From: the human T2T-CHM13v2.0 reference genome, Homo sapiens
NCBI RefSeq assembly: GCF_009914755.1
Contig: NC_060927.1
Strand: one strand, 5' to 3'
DNA: 64,000 nt
The notes under the pieces were generated by a model that saw only the letters and a program-made list of their open reading frames with translations, was not told the origin of the DNA and searched no databases. This document shows positions 45,978 to 64,000 of the stretch, in pieces; positions within the stretch are counted from its first letter, which is position 1, and the number at the start of each line of letters is the position of its first letter. The position numbers and the translations under genes are program-made.

Positions 45978-46368
45978 TTATTGCTGTGTCTCCCCAAAAT
46001 TCATATATTGAGCCTGTAAACCCCAAGGTGACAATATCTGGAGATAGGGGGTAATTTGAGGTAAGTGAGTTGGAGCCCTCATGATTGAATTAGTGCCCTT
46101 ATAAGAAGAGACACAAAACTGCTTTCTCTCTCTCTCTCTCTCTCTGTCTGTCTCTCTCTCCCCCGATGCATGAAGAAGAGGTCTGTGCTGTGTGCACACA
46201 GCAAGATGGCAGCTGCCTGTAAGCCAAGAGAAGAGACCACAGAATAAAACATACCTTGCTTGCTCCTTGATCTTAGACTTCCTAGCCTCTAGAACTGTGA
46301 GAAATAAATTTCTGTTGCTTAAGCCTCAAGTCTATAGCATCTTGTTATGGCAGCCAAAGCTGACTATG
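45978..46368 (+). mobile_element. MLT1A-like solo LTR
   Basis: tgtgtctccccaaaattcatatattga...ttagtgcccttataagaagagac...tctagaactgtgagaaataaatttctgttg. Confidence 0.85.
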
Positions 46369-47613
46369 CCAATCATCTCTCATATGTTTCTAAATCCCTA
46401 GTCATCTGACACAATGCCTGGCCCCCAAGAAATGCTTAAAAGTTGTGTTAAATAAATGCACAACCTATACTACATACTGTCCAGTAAGTAAAACCGTGTT
46501 TGATACATAATATTTTCAAATCATCTTTGTTATTTTGAACTTTAATTGCAATATGCCTAAATATGGACATAAAATACATATTTACATTGCTCACTGGGCC
46601 CTTTCTGTCTTTTGTTCTGGGAAATTTCTTTTACTTCTCCAAGTATATGCTTCATTCCATTTCTGATTCCACTGAATTCTCTCTCACTAGCAGGGGGAAT
46701 GAGTAAGGAAAGATGGCTCTAAGGTTTTTCATCCCATCTATCCAAATAGGTCGATAAACTAAGGCCCACAAAAATCAAATGACTTGTGGAAGGTATATTA
46801 TTTTTACTAAACCTTAAAGGTATTTGGGAATTGGAAAGCGTTATAAGATGACAGTGTTAAGTCAAGGGACTTGGAAACAATCAAATCCTGTCTTAGACCA
46901 ACTAATTCTTTCCATCAAAGTACCTTAGGAAAATATATCAACATAGAATAACCAGTGGTTATTCTTAGGTCTTGGCCCCGAATACCCAATACAGAAATAT
47001 TTTGGCTGAGATATTGGTAGCCATAAGTCTAGAACCAAAGTTGGCTAAGCTTGTAGTCTCAAAATGTCTCCCCATGAGAGACTTACTAACTACAAAATGG
47101 AAAATAGTCACTTTTCAGTGTTGAAATCTAGCAAGCATGACTTCAACCAAGTGGCCAAAGTTAACATCACAAAAATAAAATATTAATATTATACATCTCC
47201 TGATATGATGTGCTGAGAAAAATACATAGCCTCTGTGGTTTACCTGATAAAAATGTATAACCTAATTAAAACATGAGAAAACATGAAACAAGCACCAATT
47301 GAGAGATATTTTATGAAATAGCTGACCAGGAATCCACAAAAGTGCAAGGTCATAAAATACAAAAATAGGCTAAGGAATTGTCAGAGATTGTAGAGATTAA
47401 GGAGAAAAAACAAACTAAATGTAATTTGGAATCCTGAATTGGATTCTGGACCAGAAAAAGGACATTGGTGGAACGAGAGACAAATTCAAGTAAGGTCTAT
47501 AAGTTAGTTAATATTGCAACTATGTTATTTTCCTGATCTAGAGCATTGCACCGTGGTTATGCAACATATTAACAGGAAAATCTCAATGAAGAGCAGAAAA
47601 AACTTTCTGAACT

Positions 47614-49864
<2,251 letters not shown>

Positions 49865-52006
49865 CTCTCTGAACTATTTTTATAACATTTTATAAGTCTC
49901 AAGTTGTTTGAAAATATAAATTTAAAAATATATATTCTAAGCAACTCAGAACCTAGTCCGAGTTCATTCTCCTACATGAAATAGGCTAGTCCTTAGCTGC
50001 TTTGGAAACTAGTAAAGTTATGAATTGAATGTTAGCATGAATTAGGAGAGAAAAAAACAAAAAGTATGAACTTTGGAATAAAGCCAACTAGGATTCTAAT
50101 CTTAATGAGCCTAAATTACATTCCTGTTCTGTGACTTAACAAATAGTCTTTGTATGATATCCCTTGTCTATAAATTGGAGATGACAAAAACTACTCAGCA
50201 GAGTTATTATACACAGAGGAGACATGATATGTGTAAGAAACTAAAAAGGTTGCTTAATTCGTAATGAACACTCTCAATAAGTGATCGCCCAGTTAGTTAC
50301 AAGAGTCTTTCAACAAACTAGTGTTCTATAATTTAGAAAAAGACTATAACCAGACTTTTCTTCCACTTTTAACCATTCATTCCTATCTTTAGCTACAACT
50401 TAAGGCTTCCTATGGCAGTAATATTTACACCCCAAGAAATATATATTGTGCTAATTTCCATACTGGGCATATTCTCTCTGTAGGGTCTAGAATGGAGCTT
50501 TAGATTACTTAATGACTGGTAAAGAATTTCCAGGTAATTAGGCAATTACCTGCTACTCAATGGCATTTATTAGAACACCTAGAAGAATAAAGATATCTAG
50601 AAAAATCCAACACAACTGAAGTTTAGAAAATACTTTAGCAGATTTTCAAATGCTGGCTTAAATTCACTGACAAAGTATCTCTATGTAAATACTTCAATTA
50701 AGTTTATAATTTTAGATTACAAAATTGAGCACCACTAAGGACAGGTATATATAGATTCTTGAATATGCTGGATATGTTTATGGAAGGCTGCATAGGAAAC
50801 CAGTCACCACAGTTGTGTCTAAGAAAAAAGACAGGCACAGAGATCAGGAGCAGGAAAGAAATAAACTTTTCACTGACTTATGTGATGTTTTAAGCCATAT
50901 TCATGTATTATCTGTTCAAACAAATTATTATATATATAATTTGAAAGAAATAAAAATATTTTTATAAGTATTAACAATTCCATAAAGCAGCTAGGCAGAT
51001 GGAGAGCCATTCCAGAGAAGAAAAGGGGTCATTGTTTAATCCCATTATCTTTCAGGGAAGAATTCTAGCTTCTACATATGTAAATGCAGCTACTGTTTTA
51101 TCTAGTATAACAAGTTGGACAAACAAAATATCTGGACTAATATTCAGGATACTTCTAGTATGTTTCTGCAATATCCTTTCTGCCATGTGCATGTGAGAAG
51201 ATGCTACCTTACAAACCAGCCATTTCAATATAAAAGAGTATGCTGTGCAAAGAGATGGTACATTTTACTCAAATGCTAGTTTGTGAGTGGAAATAAGTGA
51301 AAACCTCCAGGATAATGCCAGTAGAGGTGAGAACAGCAGAATAAAAATAGAAGATTGAGCACTGAATTGGCTTCCAGGGGTGGTAAAAGACTGTTTGCCT
51401 TTGGGAGGCCATTAAATGGGCAGTGACTATCTGTGTGCTGTTCTGTCTGTAGCTTCTGCCGTTATGGCTCTTGTGAAGGTGGTGATTAAAGTCTACATGA
51501 GATGCCTCAAAGCAGTCATCACTGAGGCCATCAAGAAAGACTTCAAATGAACAGAAATGTCAAGACTTCCAATAGAGAACTAGTTCTATGACACCAATGC
51601 CCTCTTCCCACCTGGGACACAGAATCCCAACCTCTCCCAGCCTACTAAGGAAAAAACTGTTGCAAAGGTCTCAAACCCCTGATGTTTACTGAGTGCTTAA
51701 TACAAATAATTTTGCATGGCCTTTAGTCTTATTTTAAGAATTAATCATACTCTTCCAATTCTGGTATTATAATCCTATGTTTATTATTTTCTGTAAATTG
51801 GCATTTCAGATGAGATAGATTCATAAAAGGAAAAAAAATACTTCAGGATGCAAACTTCCAGTTGCTCCTGGGAATTTGGAGCCTAAGGCCTTATCTTCAG
51901 ATGTTGACTATAACATTAATCACCTGCCACAGTCTTCTCTGACAAGGGAATCTTTAAAAAAAATTATAAGATACATAAAGTGTAAAGATCTGAAGTATAC
52001 AACCTC

Positions 52007-52048
52007 GTCTACAGCCATACCACCGTGAGTGAACCAGATCTCATCTGA
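52007..52048 (+). pseudogene. 5S rRNA 5' fragment retropseudogene (42 nt, no tail)
   Basis: gtctacagccataccaccgtgagtgaaccagatctcatctga vs the 5S start GTCTACGGCCATACCACCCTGAACGCGCCCGATCTCGTCTGA; flanked by duplicated host sequence. Confidence 0.88.
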
Positions 52049-52364
52049 AGTGTACCATCTGATGAGTTTTCACATACATATCCACCTGCATCCACCTGCA
52101 TAACCACCACCCAGGTAAAGTTCTGATTTCTATGGCCAAAGAATCCACACTTTGGATTCCATTTAAACAATGTGAAAGAGCAGAAAAAACTTAATACACT
52201 CATATAATCACCATCCAGATCAAAATAGAGAACATTTCCAACATCTTAGATGACTCCCTCTTGCACCATCCTAGTTAATACTGTCTCTCAGAGCTGTGAT
52301 TCTAACTCCATAGATTGCTTTTGCCTATTATTGAAATTCATATAAATGGAATCATACAGTATGA

Positions 52365-52710
<346 letters not shown>

Positions 52711-53116
52711 AGTAGTTCTTTTTATGCTGTATAAAATTCCACTATATGAATATACTACACTTTGTTTATCTATTCTTCTGTTGACAGACATTTAGTTTAA
52801 GTTTTTAGCAATTTTGAATAAAGCTTTTATGACCCCCTGATATTTATTGTTTGCTTTTTTTTTTTTTAAGAGACAGGATCTTACCGAGGATGGTTTTGAA
52901 CTCATCCTCCCACATTTTGCCATTTTCCAGTCAAGAAGAAATAATCCAAAATATAAGAAAAGGTCCAGGACAGGCAAGTTTTAGAAGTTAATCTAGGAAG
53001 GAACTTCAAGAAAGAAAGTTTATTTACTTGAATTAGACACTTCAAAGAAGTTCAAAGAGGGGGTGAATTAAGGAAAATATCACGGGAGTAGAGAGGATGA
53101 ATACAATAAAAGAATG

Positions 53117-53422
<306 letters not shown>

Positions 53423-53761
53423 TTATTGTCAGAGTTGGTTGATGGATTTATTGTAGCTCATTATTCTATTGTTACTTCTGTACATTTTGAAGTTTTCCAT
53501 AATAAAATGTTTTTAAGACATTAAATTTAGTTCTTTGTAAAGAATTTAGTAACTTCTGAAAGAACAATTTCAGTAGAGAAATTGTCTTAGAAGCGTGATT
53601 ACAGGAGGACATGTGATGAGAAAGGAGCAATGAATGTAGATCTCTTGAAAAAAGGTGCACAGTGAAAGTAAAGAAAGAGATATGCTGATAACGTGACTGG
53701 ACAAAATAAAGGAATGAAGGAAATACGTAGTGGGTGTTTATCTATTTAAGTATTAAGTAGG

Positions 53762-54042
53762 GGCCAGGCTGGTTGCTCACCCCTGTAATCCCAGCACTTT
53801 GCAAGGCCAAGGTGGGCAGATCTCTTGAGCTCAAGAGTGCTCTGAAATCAGCCTGGCCAACACGGTGAAAGCCCATCTCTACGAAAATAAAAAAATTAGC
53901 CGGGTGTGGTGGCAGGCACCTCCGGTCCCAGCTACTTGGGAGCCTGGGAGGCAAAGGTTGCAGCAAGCCGAGAGCTCACTACTGCCCTCCAACCTGGGTG
54001 AAGAGCAAGACCCTGTCTCAAAAAAAGTAAAAATAAAAAAAA
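53762..54042 (+). mobile_element. AluJ/S
   Basis: Diverged dimer with A-rich tail. Confidence 0.9.
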
Positions 54043-54232
54043 TTAAGTATTTTTAGCAGAGAAAGGAGCCAAATGATGCTGTTCAGCTACAGAGATCAGG
54101 CTGTCAGGGGTAACACATTACAGAAAAGTGTGCCTAACCCACAAACTTGAAACCTCATCCTGCTACAACTTCAAATGTCCCAGTTGCCTACAAGTCCTTA
54201 AGGTACCCCCTTCCTCCATTCCTCTATTCCCG

Positions 54233-54796
54233 TGTTCCCGATAAACGCAAACCAGGTTTTTCCTAAACTCTAACACCATTACAACAATTACTAATGCAAA
54301 AGAAGACTTCTGTCACCAAATGTGTGGGGAGGTTTCCTCAAACATCAAGCAGTGGACATCAGCTGAGCGTCCTCCAAATTAATTTCAACACTATCTACCT
54401 AGAGACAGGGTCATATCCCACAGGGTGAGGGCTCAGTCCCCAGGACTGCACCCCACACCCCCAGACACAAGTCCGGGACTCTGGAACTTCTGACCGGCTT
54501 TAAAATGGGGGCTCCCCATCCCCTTCTTTGGGCTTGATTAACTTGCTGGAGTGGCTCACAGAACTCAGGGAAACACTTATGTATATTTACCAGTTTATTA
54601 TAAAGGATATTGCAAAAGATACAGATGAAGAGATGCACAGGGAGACTATGGGGGAAGCGGCTCAGGGCTTCCATGCCCCTGCTGGGTGTGCCGCCCTCCG
54701 GGAACCTCCACGTGTTTAGCCATCCAGAAGCTCTGCAAACCCTGTCCCCTTGGGTTTTTATGGAGGCTTCATTACATGGGCACGATGGATTAAGCC
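54233..54796. mobile_element. MER21-family LTR, partial
   Basis: accaaatgtgtgggg...ctatctacctagagac...ggctcacagaactcagggaaacactt...ggtttttatggaggcttcattac. Confidence 0.8.
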
Positions 54797-54945
54797 ACAA
54801 AGTCAGCCTGCTGGAAATGTGAGGAAAAGAACAGGGCCACATTTTGCTGCTTTTTACTTCTAAATGATTCGAGAAGCTCTGCAATTAGTCTCAAACAGTG
54901 GCTTTCAATTCTTGGTTGAGATCAATAGCGAAAAAAAAAAAAGTC

Positions 54946-55108
54946 TATACATATATACACACATATATGTGTAATAGAGAATATATTAAATGCATTTATG
55001 TGTATATATATTTATGTATGTATATGTGTGTATATATTATATATATATAATATATTATATATGTATATATTATATATATATATAATATATTTTATATATA
55101 TATATAAT
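54946..55108 (+). repeat. (TA)n/(TG)n-rich microsatellite
   Basis: tatatattatatatatataatatattatat... Confidence 0.95.
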
Positions 55109-55239
55109 TTTTACTATAACCCTTGACTTGGAAATCACTGCTCTAAAATGTCCCCAGGAAAATACTCAACAGCAGATAGCCCCTTAAAAGCCATTACATT
55201 TTAACGGGAGCCCTTTGGTACCAAGCAGGAACTTTAACT

Positions 55240-55441
55240 ATATGACATACCTGGAATAAATAGAAAAAAAGAAATGGAATACAATGAACAAAAATAGAAA
55301 ATATCAGTGCATTCCAAATCGTTAAAGGTTAGTATTGCTTTGTGAAATCTTTGCATCATTCATATGGGTGTGTATACTGCCTCTCAACATAAAATGTATT
55401 TTGTTCTTGAGCATCACAATTTAAAAAGTTTGAAAGGACTG
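55240..55441 (-). mobile_element. MER119-like hAT-Charlie fragment
   Basis: aatagaaaatatcagtgcatt...agtattgctttgtgaaa...taaaatgtatt...aaaaagtttgaaa. Confidence 0.65.
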
Positions 55442-56065
55442 TTTAAAGCATAGTTGTAGGGCTTCTCCAGTCACTAAGCAGCAAGCTCTATGTCTGAAAC
55501 TTCAAGTGGGTGATCTAAAGCCATCAATTATTCTTTACAATAGAAACAAGGGATGTGAAGCTCTCTCTATCAATATGATCATGAAATTAAGCTGCCCTAC
55601 CAAGAAGGTATCTTTGCTCTTTCCACCACTAACATCAACATTTTGTCCGACAGTAAACAAAACCTGTATGTCTCATCAAGATTGGAATCCAAGCGTCCCG
55701 GAGCATTTCATTTAAAACAAAATGTATAATATAAAGACACTGATTTCTTCAAATTTTTCAAAGTAAATGAAAAAATGCTTGCTATCTATGAATACTCAAT
55801 TTGTCCTCTTCTCTTGTAGTTAAAATTAATTCAACCAATATTTTTCAGGATTCTTTTCTTAGATTTCTTATTAGTTTAAATCAACCCTGCTACCCAGAGT
55901 CAAGTTAGCATGATTTTGAGGTCCCACTATGTCCTATTATAATATGTTCTCTGTAGAAAAATACATCCTCCCTGTACTCATTGCAACTTCTATTTGTTAC
56001 TAACATGGTAAACATACACTTTGATTTCCCTTAATACCAAACTATAATCCTTTTTTAAAAAGAAA

Positions 56066-56192
56066 ACTTTTATTTTAAATTCAGGTGTACATGTGTAGGT
56101 TTGTTATATAGGCAAACTTGTGTCACAAGGGTTTGTTGTATGAATTATTTTTTCACCCAGGTATTGGTGACACTAAGCCTAGTACCCAATAG
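56066..56192 (-). mobile_element. Short L1PA (older) 3'-end insertion
   Basis: acttttattttaaattcaggtgtacatgtgtaggtttgttatataggcaaac...agcctagtacccaatag; TSD-like ccaaacta on both sides. Confidence 0.85.
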
Positions 56193-56269
56193 CCAAACTA
56201 CATACACATTCCTTTGAACTTTGATTACACAAACACTGTTCATTTAGCAGAAATGGAATTCTTCCACCA

Positions 56270-56710
56270 AAAGGTTTTTAACCTAGAGTTGGTCCACAAA
56301 TTAAACGGAAAAAAACATGCTTTTATTTTTACAATTAACTGAAGTTTAACACTTCCTTCAATTATGAATACAGGCAACACACCTCAATATCATTTGCAGT
56401 ACCTAAGACTGCTACGAATAGAAACAGATATTTTCACATCACATTAGAGGTGTTTCAGTATCTCAAAATATCATCTATCTTCATCTTTACTTTAAAATAT
56501 GACAGTTATTTAACCTAACACTGTTTTTAATGTGTTATTAAAAATCATATACTTTATATCACAATATCTTGAGATCTAATAAATGTATTTCAACATATTT
56601 TCTTTACTTTATAAACCTATATATTCTATTTTACACATTTAAAAACATTATTTTCAGAAGAAATCTACAGTATTCACCAGATTTCTAAAGTTTGCCAATG
56701 GCTTAAAATA
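56270..56710. mobile_element. MER113-like hAT-Charlie element
   Basis: ccttcaattatgaatacaggcaac...acagatattttcacatcacatt...tctcaaaatatcat. Confidence 0.65.
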
Positions 56711-56942
56711 GTGCCTAGCTTGTATAGCACTATATAAGTTTTAACTAAATACATAAAAATAAATTAAATGGGTTACCGGGCTGACAGAGCAGATATGGCA
56801 TCATGGACTAGGAAGGATAGGTGATGGAGGGAAGCAAGCTTTAAAAATGGAAAAAAAATTCACTGAATAAAACCTTATTATGGATGATACGGTGCCATTA
56901 ATCAATTTTATATTATTTTATGCTAATTTTAAAGCCAATTTA

Positions 56943-57277
<335 letters not shown>

Positions 57278-57331
57278 TTAGAAAGCAAACTTTTTAAATC
57301 TCTGGTAGGTATTAGAAGTCAGTCTTTTTTG

Positions 57332-60902
<3,571 letters not shown>

Positions 60903-61439
60903 AAGTCACTCTTTTTTGACACTATATTTAGAGTTTAAAAATAAAATACTCCTGAGAAATTTTAAAAGCCAGATACAGGGCATCTGCAAAAAGATCAACC
61001 ATAGAAAATTCAATCACTGAGACAGCATCCTACCTTTCTCTTACTATAAAACCAGACCTAGTCATTGAATTTCAGTAGGTTTTTATTTTAAAATAAGGCA
61101 GGTGGGAATTTAAAGAAAGCATTATCATCTGTGCTATAAAAATATCATTCAAAAGCATGGCTTTTTAGCTGCTCACTTAAGGAGGAAAAAAAGTGGCAAG
61201 CAATGTCTTATGAAATATATTACAAAAATGCCAAATGCTACTTTTAGGATCCACCAGTGACCTCCTGGCACATTGACACTCTGTTCTTTCAATACCTGAG
61301 GACTATTCCCTTTCAGATAGTCAGGTCCAAAGTGGGCCTCAGTCTTTCTGGGATATCCTTATTGCAAAGAAGAGAGCCTTCACTAAGGGTTAAATGTAAA
61401 CATCACACACTAAACTTCCATTCACTTTCAATCTCTTTT

Positions 61440-61900
61440 CCTTACTGTACCCAAAATCATTATTTCTGAACTCAAATGTGATTCTCTCAAACTCTTTCCC
61501 CATCCTCAAACATATGAGGCTGCCCATTTCTGTTAGAATCTGGACAAAACTATTTCACATGACCTACAAGACCCGGTGAGGGCTCACCTTGGCCCACCTC
61601 TTCAGTTTCACCTATCACCATGCTCCCTTCTTCTATGTTCCAGCTATGCCAGTGCCCTCCAGTTCCCTTTGCTTTGTGTTTCCCCCTTCTGAGGCCCTTT
61701 GCATGTGTTTATGTCTTTGGCTGGAATGTTCTTCCCACCCTCTTCATTAAGGTAAGGCCAGCATCTTTCAGATCTCAACCTAAATCCAAGCATCACTGTG
61801 TCACCTTCCTGATTATCACATTTTATCCTGTCAATGATGCAAGTTTCTTCATACTTTAGGAGCTTTGGAATTACAACATGTCTTGTAAGTAAATGGAGTC
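61440..61900 (+). mobile_element. L2 fragment
   Basis: ggccctttgcatgtg...tggctggaatgttcttccc...catctttcagatctcaac. Confidence 0.6.
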
Positions 61901-61949
61901 TCACAGTCACTGTTAGCCTAGATCAAAGTCAAATTATTCTAGCAAGATT

Positions 61950-64000
61950 TTGGAAGCCAGCAATGGGGCCAGCAACAGGTCTGTACCTCCCTGGGACAAA
62001 GCTCCCAGAGAAAGAGACAGGCTGCCATTTGTGCTGTTTTGTAGCCTTCACTGGTGACATCACCAGGTTCTGGAAAATCCAAGGTGATTTGGGACTGGAG
62101 TGGGTCCCAGGCATACCACAGCAGCCCTATGAAAATTAGCTAGACTGTTACATGGGTGGCTGTTCCCATATCTTCTCACTGGGCAGGTCCTCCAGGCCTG
62201 GGCCTCCAGCCATCCACCACAAGAGCTATAGAGCCAGTACCAACTCAGCAACTTTCTGGACAGAGCCTCCAGGGGCAACTGGAAGCCTCTCTGCCACTGC
62301 CTCTGCAGTCGAACTGCCCTTGCCACCCTTGAACTAACAAAGGAACAAACATCATAAATGCTTTATCCACACCTCCAACAAGTTGCAGTCAGCCCAAGGA
62401 GAGGAGACCAATCCATCTCACATGAGTCCCACACACCCCCCATGGCTTATCACCAGACAGGGAACCCCTGGCTTGGGCCCACAGTACAAACTCTTCATCT
62501 TGAGCTGACAGCACTGAGTGATTGCTAACCTCCATCTCTCTGGGATGGAGCCCCCAGCAGTCAAGCAAACAACCCTCAGCCACAATCACTACTAAGATCT
62601 CTTTCTCTGCTGCTGCTAAGCTAGGGAAAGAACACAAACACTGAGATCACCCTAGAGCTGCAGTAGGCAGCCCAAGAGTGCCAAGTTGTGAACTACAGCC
62701 AGTACTCAAGGGGGAGAGGGGGCCACACTTTCAGAGCACTGAGAAGGAACATGGCTGCAACTTTGAGGAAACATATGGAAGCCACACAACCAAACAAGAG
62801 TCTACCAACTGGCCAATAGCTGAAGTGTTACCTGCTGGATCACACCCCAAAGCTTCAACACCAAAAATACCTCACTAACATACCCTCATCTAAAACCAGA
62901 GACAAAAAGTCAACTTCAAATAAAACCCTACAAAAGTTTTGGTCCAGTGAAAACATCCAGAAAGGAAGTCTATTGACTATACTCAATCTACACTGCAGTT
63001 AAAGGAACAATCACAGACATAGATGAGAAAGAACCAGCACAAGAACTCTGGTAACTCAAATGGCCAGAATGTCATATGTCTTCTAAATGACTGCACAGGT
63101 TCTCTAACAAGAGTTCTTAACCAGGTCAAACTGGCTGGAATGACAGAAAAAGAATTCAGAATATGGATAGAGATGAAGATCACTGAGATTCAGGAGGACT
63201 GCAAAACCCAATCCAAGAAAAATAAGAACCACAATAAAGTGATACAGGAACTGAAGCATGAAATAATTGGTACAAAAAAGAACCTAATGGGTCTGACAGA
63301 GCTGAATAACATAATACAAGAACTTCACAACGCCATCAAGTATTAACAGCAGAATAAACCAAGCTGAAGAAAGAACATCAGAACTTGAAGACTGGTTCTC
63401 TGAAATAAGACAGTCAGACAAAAAATAAATTAAAAAAAAGAATGAACAAAACCTCTGAGAACTATGGGATTATATAAAGAGGTCAAATCTAGGAATCACT
63501 GGCATCCAGGAAGGGGAAAGGGAGAAAGCAAACAACTTGGAAAATGTATTTCAAGATATAGCTCATAAAATTTCCCCAACATTGCTGGAGGAGCCAAGAA
63601 TCAAATTCAGAAAATACAGAGAAGTCTTACAAGATTTATAGAAGAAGATCAACCCCAAGACACATAATCATCAAATTTTCCAAGGTCAAAATGAAAGAAA
63701 GAATGTTAAAGGCAGCTAGAGAGAAAGGGTAGGTCACCTACAAAGGAATTCCCATCAGGCTAAGAACAGACCACTCAGCTGAAACCCTACAAGCCAAAGG
63801 AGATTGGGGTTTATATTCAACATTCTTAAAGAAAAAAATTTCTATCAAAAGTTTAATATCCAGCCAAACTAAGATTCTTAAGTGAAGGAGAAATAAGATC
63901 GTTTTCAGATAAGCAAATGTTGAGGGACTTCATTACCAACAGACCTGACTTATAAGAGATCTTGAAAGGAGCAGTAAATAGAGAAAGGAAAGACCACTAC
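61950..64000 (+). mobile_element. L1 (L1PA13-16/L1PREC2-type) 5' UTR and ORF1, running off the window
   Basis: ctccctgggacaaagctcccagag 5'-UTR motif, then ORF1. Confidence 0.88.
63023..64000 (+). pseudogene. Disrupted L1 ORF1p
   Basis: MRKNQHKNSGNSNGQ...EKEFRIWIEMKI coiled-coil start; frame lost near 63340; later ORF1 motifs degenerate. Confidence 0.88.

Overview
This is primate, most likely human or great-ape, non-coding genomic DNA; it carries AluY/AluS/AluJ, L1PA and THE1A. Most of the window is interspersed repeat: L1s of many ages (often nested), about 19 Alu/FLAM copies, a two-LTR THE1A MaLR provirus, MaLR/ERV1 solo LTRs, hAT MER elements, MIR and L2. I found no credible host coding exon. 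The long ORFs in the track come from L1 ORF1/ORF2, THE1, Alu or simple repeats. I found no convincing new biological system. The most notable signals are traces of retrotransposition: (i) TSD-flanked retrocopies of the 5' 24 nt of tRNA-Glu and the 5' 42 nt of 5S rRNA; (ii) three L1s that keep both ends and a TSD but have lost their middles, one with an MST LTR piece at the junction; (iii) a twin-primed inverted L1PA missing about 2.3 kb; (iv) a ~113-bp tandem array in an L1PA15/16-type 5' UTR. Subfamily names come from recalled consensus sequences, not a RepeatMasker run, and the boundaries of old elements are approximate.
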